From the NCBI GenBank assembly GCA_964187785.1, contig OZ076409.1, positions 11,906,001 to 11,970,000 on the forward strand: 64,000 bases of DNA, read 5' to 3'. This document shows positions 36,226 to 48,200 of this stretch, in pieces; the first letter of the stretch is position 1; each line of letters starts with the position of its first letter. This DNA is from Amphiscolops sp. MND2022 (Eukaryota). The notes beneath the pieces are model-generated. The model was not told the origin of the DNA. It saw only the letters and a program-made list of their open reading frames with translations, and ran no database searches. The position numbers and the translations under genes were made by a program.

Positions 36226-39200
36226 ATGGGTATATTTACAGTTTGGCTTGGAATTTTTCCATCAATTGGCATTCTTATGTTCGTTCTCTACTGGAGGAGG
36301 ATTGTTAAAACCCACCGCCATATTCCGGGGCCACCCCAGACGTAAGTTGGAACCAGAGTTTTGACACCGCTAATTAGCGAATCAGCGGCCGCGCAGGAAT
36401 TTTTCAGTGATATCATTAGCGGTTCAAATAAGCGGAATATCCAAAATCATTTTCCAAAGTATACTCTGGGTTTCAGAATGAATTTCGAAAAATTCTAACT
36501 CTTACCTTTATAAAACACGCTCAGTGTAAAAATCCCAGTATTTTTTCTTGCAAAAACTTTCAAACCAAAAGAACCATCATTCAATTTTAAAATATACTTG
36601 TATTCAAATATTTTTGATAGCTTCGATAGAAAAACTTTCAGAGAAATAGCGAATTTGAAATTGGCGGCTTAGCAAAAAAAATAAGCGATGTCAAAACCGT
36701 GGTTGGAACAAAATCGATACATCACTTCAACCATGTCTAATCAGGATTACTGATAATCGATAACCGTGTCAGGTTTCAAAACGAGTATTTAGAGCAGTGA
36801 TTTAATCGGTACTTTTCAAGATTGAGCAATATCGCTTACGAAATGAATTTTTCACAGAAAATATCAACGGTAGAGAAAATAAACATGAATCATTAAATCC
36901 ATCTCAACTTCACAACAGGTGCTAGTAAGGTATTATCAAATCTCAGGAGAATTCCCTGCTGCACAGATGAGCGGAAAAATCTATTCAACACTGCGACATG
37001 ATTTCCCAAAGGAAAAACTGTAATTTCATTTCTTTGATAAAATTAGACTTACTATACATGACAAGAAAGCGAATCAGAAATCGCTTCCCTTTTCCACTTA
37101 AATTGATTTTGGGAAAATTGGGCAAATTTAGAGTTTTCTTCAAGTGAATAAATAGCGGAAATAAATTGAGGCTTCGCAGTCCCAAAAGCACAGGATAATT
37201 TTTTAATTTTGAAAAGACAATTATATTCGGCAGTGTAATTCAAATAGCGCCGATTAGAACTAGCCGCGAACAGCTCAAATTGGAGCTCCGCTGAAACTCG
37301 AAAAGCGCAAAATTTGTCTGTTTTTCTGAGAATCGAAACTTTATGAGAAGTCGGCGTCATATCTAAGGCTCAATAATATTCAAGGAAAAACTCAGCCTAT
37401 TGTGAAATTTTTCATTTATCACACAGCGCCGGAAAATTCCGAAAGGGTTTTCCCCGAAACTCGAAAAGTTTTTTTTTCTGCATTGGAAACATCAGAAAAA
37501 ACTAGTTTGCTTTTGAGAATTAAAATTTTTCAAAAAAGTATTTGGTAAAAAGTTGCATAGTGCCGAAAAACCCAAAAAGAGACCCTTTAGGCTCATTAAA
37601 CATTTTTTACAAACCGACAACTTCAATAAAATACAAGGGGGTACCCTTTGATAGAATTCAAAAAATATCGGAAAAAAGTCGCCTAATGCCGAAAAAACCC
37701 TCTACTTTCGGAAACATTAAAAAACTTGTGGTTTAGTGCGAGACTCGAAACCACGCTCTCCTGCTTCTGAAAGTCTGGAAATTAGTTGGCGAAGGAGTGG
37801 AACAAATGAACTGAAAAAGTGGACCGATCGCGTTGAACTGGCGAAAAAAACTAGCCACTGTAAGAGTCGTCTAAAAATGGTATATCCGAATTATGCCTAT
37901 TACATCCTAATTTTCTCACGTTAAATAAGAATATGCAATATCAGTGAATTTCAATTAGCAAAAAAATTGAACTTTAGCAGGATTCGAAACACGCGAAACA
38001 CGTGTTTGCTGCCGAAACCAACAATTTATTTTCGTAGCATTCACGTCTGTCTTGAAGGAAGAAAATACTGCTGGGTACATCTAAAACTGCACCCATTTTC
38101 AATATATGGGAAGTTGAAATTCATCACCCACTTGACGTTTCTTTAGCAAATCTTGCCGTGCTCCGATTTTATAGTCAAAGATGAAGTTTCTTCCACAAAT
38201 TTCATCGGTGAAAAAAGAGACGCACGTTCAGTATTGGGGTATTTTCCGTACCGAACTAAATTAGCTACATTTTAGGCCTCGAGCGTGAAAACTTCCAAAG
38301 TTTCAAAGAACTCCGCATAGTAATACCAACTAAAATATCCAGAAGTTGGACAAAAGTTGCATCGAAGTGTCAGAAAGTGCAAAAACGCATTTTCGTACTG
38401 TTTTGAGCATATGAAGGCTTTTTCAAATGATAAACTGCTGATTTATATAATGAAAGGTTTTCTAAAACCATGATGTTTTCTTTTTGAGCTGTAGATGTTC
38501 ATATCTCAGAAAACTCAACGTTTTACAGAAACAGTCGAAGTTCGAATGAATTTTCGTTAATCTGGGAGGCATCATTACATATCTGAACAAAAGCGTGAAA
38601 TTTTATCTCTAAACAGCATGTTGCATAGCTTTTTGTGTCGACATGGAATTATCTGGACACGCTGACCTTTGAAAACTACAAAAAGGTGACTTGGGGGGTC
38701 AAAATGTTCATTTTTGGTGTTCTTTTAAAACACTTTTGATCCATAAATTACACAATCTCTGTTGTAAAAGCTGTTTGCTTTGTTTATTATTGTGGGCGTT
38801 TGAATTTTTCGAAACGTTCGATAAATTTTACGGAAATTGTCTAAAATAGTCGAAATATGGACTATCGAGCTTTTTGGACAGTTCATTTCCAACGAAAACC
38901 ATCAGATTGCTTCCCGTAACACCGTACGGCATAACTAGCTGGTTCGTTGTTGAAATCTCTGGATGATCTAATCTTTCGAAAGGTTCAAAACTTTACAAAA
39001 ATGCTCACTAAAGGTTAAAATTTGGAAAAGATAAATTTTCATGTAACGGAACTATTGGAATACTCTAACTCTCTCGGAACTATTCGAATACTCTAACTCA
39101 CGGAAATATTCAGAAACTGTAGAAAAATTGCTAAAATTTAGGCTCCAAAAGTTTTTGACGCTTTTTGACAACTTTGATGTCATTTGGTCATAACCAAAAA

Positions 39201-42200
39201 GTCCAAAAATCTCTCGAAATACCTATCATATTTGGCACAAAACTAAGTTGGTCAGCTGAATTTTATGGAAGAACCCCTTTAATTTGGGTACATTTGGAGT
39301 CCCGTTGGAACATTTAATTTTGGAGAAAATAAACGCGGATAATGGTAATTTTCTCTACACATGGAAATATGGGCGGAACGTTCGTAGCATATGTAATTTT
39401 GAAGACAGCAGAACTGTTTTGAAAAAAAAAATATCACAATGAAAGTGTCAAATTTGTGATTAATACATTTTTCGACTTCCAAATGCAAGATGGACAATTT
39501 TCGAAACTTTTCACCCCACGAGTATCGAATGAGTGACGATTAAGTTCAAGAAAATATTTACCTTCTGAGCATAATCTATCAAAAAATGTATAAAACTTTT
39601 AAAGTGCCTAAATGAGCCAGCCAAAATTTCAAACACTTATGCAAACTTCGAATAATTTCTCGATGTTATCGGGCGCCTTGTAATTATCTGAAAGGGCCGA
39701 CAAAGATACCGGAACCGCGGCGAAGGAATGTAATTCAGATTGCAAGACAAGCATAACAAGACACTCGTGAATGTTTTTAAACTGCAACAATTTTAATAGA
39801 GACCGCGGCTAGAACATATTCTACTTGGGTTTCCAAGTCCTTGTAGCATATAGGCCCTTTAGCTTAACCTGTGTTATTTTTACAGATGTTGTAAAGCCTG
39901 AAATTGTTTGAATTAAAGATGAAAAATTGACTACTCCTTCCCGTCTCACATTTTTTCAACCTTACGAGATACAAAAAACTATTTCAAATAATTCCAAACT
40001 ATTTCACCTTATTTTCCTGACACCATAGAGATTCATACAATCAACTACTGATTTATTGTTTTCAATAATTTGACACATTTGACGAGTTTTTGGGAGAAAA
40101 AATTGCGAAAATGTCATTTACAACGTTGAAACCCAGAAAACTATTCAACACCCAGGTACATACACTCTTCAATAGCTAATTTGATTTTACAGACTACTGA
40201 GGGGCAATTTCAAAGAACTCCGAAAACTCTCAGCTACCCGAGGCCTATCATTTCAACTGATCCTCAAACAATGGTGAGAAATACCACTTTACAAAAAAAC
40301 CAGAGCCGCTTGTGCGGTAAAGGAGTCGGAAACGGATTAAAATATTGAAAAACAAATTACCCACTTTACTGTCATTTGGTCATTTTTGGCTATGGTTCTC
40401 AGATCCCTGTCATACGATTTTGATATCATTGCACACAAAGGACCCTAATATGGTGTACAATGACTGTAAAAAATTTCGTTCGAATCGTATGGACAGTTTT
40501 TGATTTTTCATTGAAAGGTTGGGAGAAAAAAAGGTGGATTGCATAAGTAGTCGAAAATTTTTCCGACTCCTAAAGAATATCTTCTACATCATTACACAAA
40601 ATTCATGCTCTAGGCAGGACATCTACGGAGACCTGTTTGTCTTTCGATTGTTTCACATGTCAATGGTGGTTGTTGCGGACCCCAAAGAAATACAGGTTCG
40701 TTCAAACTTCAGCACTCCTTCGAAGTACTACTTATTGCAGTGCCAAGCTGAGTTTTGACATCGCTAATTTTTCCGCTAATCACTAAACCGCTGATTTCAA
40801 AACCGCTATTTCGCTGAAAATCCTTTTCTTCGAACTATTAAATAATTGAATTCAAGAATATTCAAAATACAAACGATAACCTAATTCAATTTTTGCAAGA
40901 AAGAAAACTAGAAATTTTATACTGCGTGGGCTTTACAGATGAAGAGAAAATAGAAATTTTTCAAAATTCATTCTGAACCTCCGTGTATTTTCTGATAAAC
41001 TTTTGAATTGGACAATCTATTAGTTGCCGCTAATTTGCTGATTAGCGGTGTCAAAACGCTTGTGCCAAGTATTACAATTTTGGAAAGATCTTCTTGAGAA
41101 AATTCTAATAGCATTATTTGATTTTGTTGATACAAAATTACGGAAAGGGTGTCCGGACATTACGCCCAAAGACATTACGCCCAAGGACATTACGCCCAAG
41201 GACATTACGCCCAAAGCGGACATTACGCCCAAATGTTAATTACGCACAAAGAAATTACGATAATGTAATCAGCTATGCTCACATACCCCTAGTGCCCTAA
41301 ATGCAGGAGCGAAGCGAAGCGGAGCGACGTGCCAATATGGCCATGCCTCAATGTTGCTACTTGGCGAAGGGAGCGAAGCGACCGAGCCATACAACAAACA
41401 TGCTAACCTCTTCAAATAATAACCTGAAAAAAATCGCTGCTATTCTCTTTGAATAGCCTAATTTCCTTGGGCGTAATTTCCGTTTGGGCGTAATTTCCTT
41501 GGGCGTAATGTCCTTGGGCGTAATGTCTTTGGGCGTAATGTCCTAGAACCTACGGAAAGGTATCTTATCTCAACGAATGATCAAGACAACATATTAAAAT
41601 GGGCCTGCGGAACGATACAAAACATAGTCTGAGTTCTCGAGGAGCTTACATAGCTCATTTATATTTTTATCCATTTCCTCATTAAATTAACGGTAATGTA
41701 CTTCAATTTTATTGATATAAAACCTCCTAAACGATTAACAAGATCCACTAAATGCTCATATACAATTCATCATTGTTACAATTGTATGACAATGGGCAAA
41801 AAGTTTCAACAACGTAACGTATCATCATTTTGGTACATGTTATCAATTTCGCCGGACCATGTTTCTTTCAATTGAGAATTTCATCGCAAAATATGTCGAC
41901 GTAACTAACGGTATTTAAACATTGTTTCTTATTCACAATATGATTGAAGAAAATGTCAGATTCGGAAACGAACTCCCTACAAAACTACAAAGTTTCAGTT
42001 TCTCACTCAAAAAGTTGGTAGATGAACAAATGGAATTGTTGATGTGTTTCAGAAACTGTTGACGGACGCAACCAAATTCCCGAAGTCGAAACGCTACGAG
42101 GAATTCCATGCTCTTTATGGCACGCGGTAACTAAGCTGCCAATAACCTTTCAATTCACATCCCACCACTTTATATTTTAATTCAAAATATAAATAGGTAG

Positions 42201-45200
42201 TACGTACATGAGTACGTACATATTTAGAAGCGATATGCGGAAAACTCGTCGAAAACAACACGTCGAAATTAAAAGGGCGGAAAACTGGTCAAAAATTAAC
42301 TCGCCGAATAATCACTGATTACCCACAGGGACTACCCAGTGCAAATTATGAATTAATTTTCCTTAATTGATGTGTGAAATTTTCAGTTTTACGCATAATA
42401 TAGCTTCCTTAGATATATAATTGCTTGAAATGTTTCACTTTTATAGTTTACCGTGAAATACATCATAATAACCTAGACCTTCATAAAATAGTTCGATCAT
42501 AACATAGCTCTATAGTTGTCTGAGATAATTTTCTCTTCCTAAGACGAGTTTTCCGCACGGAGAATTTTCGGCAAGTTGCTTTTCGACGGGGTTTTCGCCT
42601 TGAAATATCGACAAAATCAAACAATTTGCTCAGTAAATTTTTCAAATTCTACAAATAATGGAGCAACCTTGGCTTAGCAGCGCTAAGGAAGGATAATTTT
42701 GCTGAAGAACTATTTTGCATGAAGTACGACTGGAAGGGTGCAATTAACAAGTTAAGACAAAGGGGAGGGTTCCTATTTTGTGAGATTATACTTTTGTGGT
42801 TCAAGGCTTATCCCACAGAGCATATTGGTGGAACAAAACCAAACTGCTTGGGCTATGAAGAGACGTCTCCTAAATGTGTTCTTCAAACGAAAGTTAGTTA
42901 ACATTCAGTACATACGTTGGGTATAAAATAACAGAATCGGAAAATTCGCAACTGGCATAAATTATGTTCTGGAAAACAATTATGGTACTAGTATGTTTGA
43001 TATAAAGTAACAATACGAAAATTCATAATAAAAATATTTCTGTGACTAGAAAAACTTAAATAAAATTCATCAAGTACTATCGACTTCGGCTAATCGAATA
43101 CTGGCGGGATCAGAAGAAAATATTCGATTAGACGAAATATCCTATAGAAAAACTCGAAAACTACTTCAAAGATGACGGATAGTAATTATGAAGATCACCT
43201 GAGAACTAGTTAAAGCGATAAAGTAAAACCATGTATGGGCGATGGGCGATTTTAGAGGAACAAACGTGGTCACCGATGAATACCATCTCTGCGAGTGATT
43301 GAATTTTCGGAGGTTTAGAAATCTTTCTTGGGTACTGGTAAGGCACTAGACTTTACTTCACTCTAGGGAAATTGTTCACACAAAACTGATTCAAAAAAAT
43401 TCCTTTCTGTAGATTTAAACAGTTTCCACTGCTGTAAAAGGGTCGGCAAAGGTGCATCTTTAACCAGAAATAAGTTTAAAACATGTTTTTGCTAATCAAA
43501 TAAACATGTTTTTGGAATAATGATTGTACTAGACTCATTTCATAGTTACAACAAAAACAGTCAAAAATTACAATTAATGACACCGAGAACAATATCAAAA
43601 AACGTGCTCAAACACCGATGGTTGAAAAACGGGAATACAAATACGGCAATAAAAAGCTGGAGGTGTACGTGAATTCATCCAATTCACTGAAAAAGTCAAT
43701 TCGAACGAGAATTCTGTTTCATAAAGCATTTTTCTGAGGTAAGAAGTTTTTTTCTGATGTTGCCAAGAAGCTGGGAAAGCCAAGATTAAAGTACAATGAA
43801 GGTAGTGGTTACAAAAGGTCAGTCGCTTTACCGCTGTGAGCGTTTCTTTTCAGTGCCATAGACGAGTACCTGGTTTGTTTCGACGAGGCGGCAGGAAGAC
43901 TCATGAGCAGAATCCAGACCCAGATGGACGAAGCCACCGACGGGGAGCCAATCTCGCTCTACCCCCTACTCACAGAAGCTGCCCTGGACAGTGTTCTTAG
44001 AGCAAGCATATTTACTATTTAGCCTCCAGTGATTTAACAGCTAGCTAGCTGCATTTACTCACAAGTAACATAATCTCACCTAAATTCATGCCCACGTCTC
44101 GACACATCATTTCGTGATAACGGGAAAGGTTTCCGTTTGAGCCGAGAAGAGAAATGATAAACGCCGTAGAAAACAAGCAAAAAATTTTCACAGTGAAATG
44201 ATCCTTAATTTTTGAAATTTCTCAAGACGCACAAAAAGCGTCAGATGAAGTTTGTGACATTACAAAGCTGAAAATACAGTTTATAAATGCTTTTTATCCC
44301 GGAAAGCGAAAAATGTCACTAGGTTTCTAGCTTGAAGGCACAGAATCGCATACTGAACCGTTCACTGATAGCTTTGTTTTCACAAAAAACGGAAATCACT
44401 ACTTTACCGTAGATCTTCAATCTCAATATCAAGACAGCTCTCAGCGAATCTGCGAAAAACGCGATTATACCAGGACTTCAGTAATACAGAATAGTATAAT
44501 TTAGAGTTGAACCTATTCAAAACTAATCATCTTGGTCTTTTGAAACAGGGAGACGAAACAAGGCGGGGAAGTCTAAAGTCGGCACCCCGCTCAAAAAGCT
44601 CAGTCTCATTAAAATGCACAGGGTGGGAAATTTTCATGATATTCATAGAAATCTCCGAGAGGCGACCTGTCGCATCGAAAACGCTTTTTCTAAAATGGAA
44701 ACATCAAAAACCTAAACGAAAAAAAAGAAAAACCCAAAACCACGAAGTTGAAACACGGGAAAAACAGAAGGGCAATCTTTTGAAATGAAAAGTTTTCCAA
44801 AAAAAGCCCCACAGTACCGAAAGAAAACCAAATGGGGGACCCTTTGATACGTCTAGGGTTTAAAAACGATATTCAGTCCTAGAAGGACATCGAACCGACG
44901 GTGGTCTTGTGAAGTGCTTATTGCCAATGTGAACTAAAACTCTAGGTTGAAAATAGGGACCATTTGCGTACATTTTGTGTCATCTCACAAAAAAACTAGT
45001 CACTGCAATAGTCGAATTCATTTTCTTATGAAATGCGCCGACTAAAAAAAATATGCCCGGGGCAAAGTATTATTTCTGCTTTTAGGACTTCAGTAGTAAC
45101 TTCTTTCATGTTCAATAATTGTGCGCTATATGAATGATTAAGATATGCTTCTATTATTGAACATGAAAGAAGTTACTACTGAAGTCCTAAAAGCAGAAAT

Positions 45201-48200
45201 AATACTTTGCCCCGGGCATATTTTTATTTAGAAGCATATCTTAATCATTCATATAGCGCGCAATTAATCACTACCAGTTTACAACGCCTTTAATTCTTCT
45301 CGGACCAAAGAAAATGTAACTACAGTGCTGTGATAAAGAAATGGAACATAAGGCTGTGATAAAGAAATGGGACTCTCCAATTTTACCTAAATAAACAAGG
45401 CATCGAGGGTTTAATTGACATGGCCTCCTGTCGTTGTTTAATTTAATAGACGCTGATAATCCGCTGACAATCCATTTTAACAAAAAGCCCCAAACCACAG
45501 TGAAACAACGATTTCTTGTTATATCTCTTTATAACAAAGGAAAATCTGTCAATTTCATCTCAAAATCAATGAAAATTCCTAGAACAACCATATATAACAT
45601 AATACAACGATACAAAAAGGACCCAACAACCCTAGAAAATAGACCGAAAACCGGAAGACCTCAAATATTGGACAAGTTTGAGCAAAAATTAATTATTAGA
45701 AAGTGTTTGGCTCAGCCAAATCTGAATTCTACTCAACTTTTGGCGTCCCTAGAGTTATCACAAAAAGTTTCTACAAGTTACGTCCGGAAGCTGTTATTGA
45801 GAAACGGATTACAAGCAAAAGTTTGCACTTCAAAACCGTTTCTTTCCAGAGCAAATCGACTTAAACGATACGTTTGGGCAAAAGATATGTTACAAAAATC
45901 CGACCTTTTTGGAAAAATGTGCTGTTTTCGGACGAAACAATGATTGAGTTGTTCCCAAAACGGAGAAATTTTGTCCGCCTACCCAAACAGAGTGGAAATC
46001 GGCAAAAATATGTTGGTCAGCATGCTAAATTTGGCGGAAAAAAGATGATGTTTTGGGGTTTTATCAAAGAGTCAGGTGAAAGAAAGTTGATAAAAGTGGA
46101 GAATCGTGTCAATTCAAGCGTTTACACCAACATTTTGGCCTCTCATTTGCTTCCTCATATGTATTTGGTGAAGTTTTGCAGCAAGACAATGCTCCAGCTC
46201 ATAAATCAGCGGAAACTTCTACATGGTTTCTCGAAAACGGTGTTGACGTTCTCGAAAATTGGCCCCCAAACTCGCCAGATCTCAATATCGAAAATTTGTG
46301 GTCTATTCTGAAAGGCAGAGTTGCGAAGAGACACCCCAAAACTTTGGAGGACTTGGAAACTTTTGCTCTTGAAGAATTTTACGCAATTCCTGACGAGTAT
46401 GTACAAAAACTTTTCAAGTCGATAAAAAATCGGTTGATTCTAACTAAAATTAACCGGGGAGGTTTCACCCGATATTGAAAGCTTCAATATTTTACCTAGT
46501 TTGTTAATACTGTTTCAATATTTTCATGAGGTTGTTCAATTGAATGTTTTTCATTCAGTCCCATTTCTTTTTCACAGCCCTATGTTCCATTTCTTTATCA
46601 CAGTACTGTACTAAGCGTAGACAAACTTTCGCATTCGCATTTGAATGCAAGCGAAGCTCTCGGCGAACGAATAATTAACACTCGTTCGCCTTATCTCTAA
46701 CTCGGCGTACGAAAGCATAATAGCAAACATTCACTCGCTTCATCTCAATGAATTTCGCGTTTCATTTCAAAAAAAGAATTCAGATTTCAATATTATTCCT
46801 GCTATCAGAGAAATAATAAAAATAACTTAATATATGATTTTCAACAACTATTCAGAACTAAAATAAAGTTAATCACATCCAATATAATTTCACATGCAAT
46901 GTTATGCTCTTAAATCACTGGATCATTCGGTGTTATTAGTTCAAAACCTCTCACGAGTCCAAAAGCTTCCAATAAAAGAGCAACATGAATAAAAGAACAT
47001 TTCAGTAGTTGAGGGGAGAAGCAGTTAAAATTATTATTCTCATTCTCAAAGACTGGCTGCAGTGAATTGACTAGTGTACTGAAAATCGTGTATCGTGTTT
47101 TTAGTCGGCGCTTTTCTTAAGAAAAGAGCCCGACTATTACAGTCACTCGTTTTTTTTTATTTAAGACAGACTCGAAGCGACGAACGTTAAAATTAACGTT
47201 CAACTACTAAAGAAAGTACTAAACTACTGGACCGGTAAAGGCAAACGGGGAGCGCATTCATTTACTTTTCAAACGTTACCTACAAGCCCGGACGGGACTA
47301 AAGGGTCCCCCTTTTCGATTTTTTTTCGGCACTGTGCGACATTTTCCGAAAGAAATTTTTTTTCGAAAATTTCAAGTTTTTTTCCAAAAAAAATGTTTTG
47401 CGCTTTTTGAGCCTTAGATATAGCGCCGACTTGAGACGTTCCCGTCTTGTTCGTATATTTTTCTCTAAAGCATCGGTATTGTGTACGAAAAATGGTGTAC
47501 GGTACTGTGTATCGACTGTAAAAATCAAGTTTTTGGTTGGATATTCATCCAAAAACAGCATGTTTGACAATTCTTCAAATTCATTGGTAACAGACTGTTT
47601 TATTGGTAACATCTCAAATTACGAAAAGAGAACATTCTATCTACCGATCCAGGACCTACCGCAATGGATAAAATCTCCATGGAACTAGATTTTTGATCCC
47701 TTATTCTAGTTCCTTTCTTCGTCTGAATGTCAGGATAATTTCATTGAAATAATTTTCAATTATTTTCGTGTCCAACGGAACGCCGTATAAATTTTATACT
47801 CATTTCGGAAGACAATGAAATTCAAGAAAATTCGTGCATTTCGATAGGGTACATGTACCGACGTCAATTCATTGCGTACAAGTAAGGGAGTCCTGAAAAA
47901 ATTCAGTTCGCAGAGAAGTTTTGGACTAATGATTTGTGGATATATAAACAGACATTGTGAATGTCACAAACCTTATATGACAACTGTATTGGCAATGTTG
48001 TACAGGCTTTGTTCAACATCAAGTTGGACCGCTACAAGGGATTTGCAGAAAAGGTGGGCAAACTGTTTCCTGCCCTGCAAGCCCAGCTGAGAAGTCCATT
48101 TCGAAGGGTGAGTAATCAATCAATCGATCATGATTTAACAGCGAGTGGCCGCTAGCAATGAAATGATTCATGTTCTGACCAAGTTTCCTTGTTAAAATTT

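Noticed and set aside
41148..41232. Short periodic repeats (also 22770-22830, 23250-23330) as a CRISPR array or repeat protein
   Set aside because: No unique spacers; they are inverted terminal arrays of MITEs with 9-bp TSDs.
43690..43745. Candidate P450 exon (RILFHKAF + GTAAG donor)
   Set aside because: In-frame stop and wrong phase; exon 42806-42892 supplies the WxxxR helix correctly.
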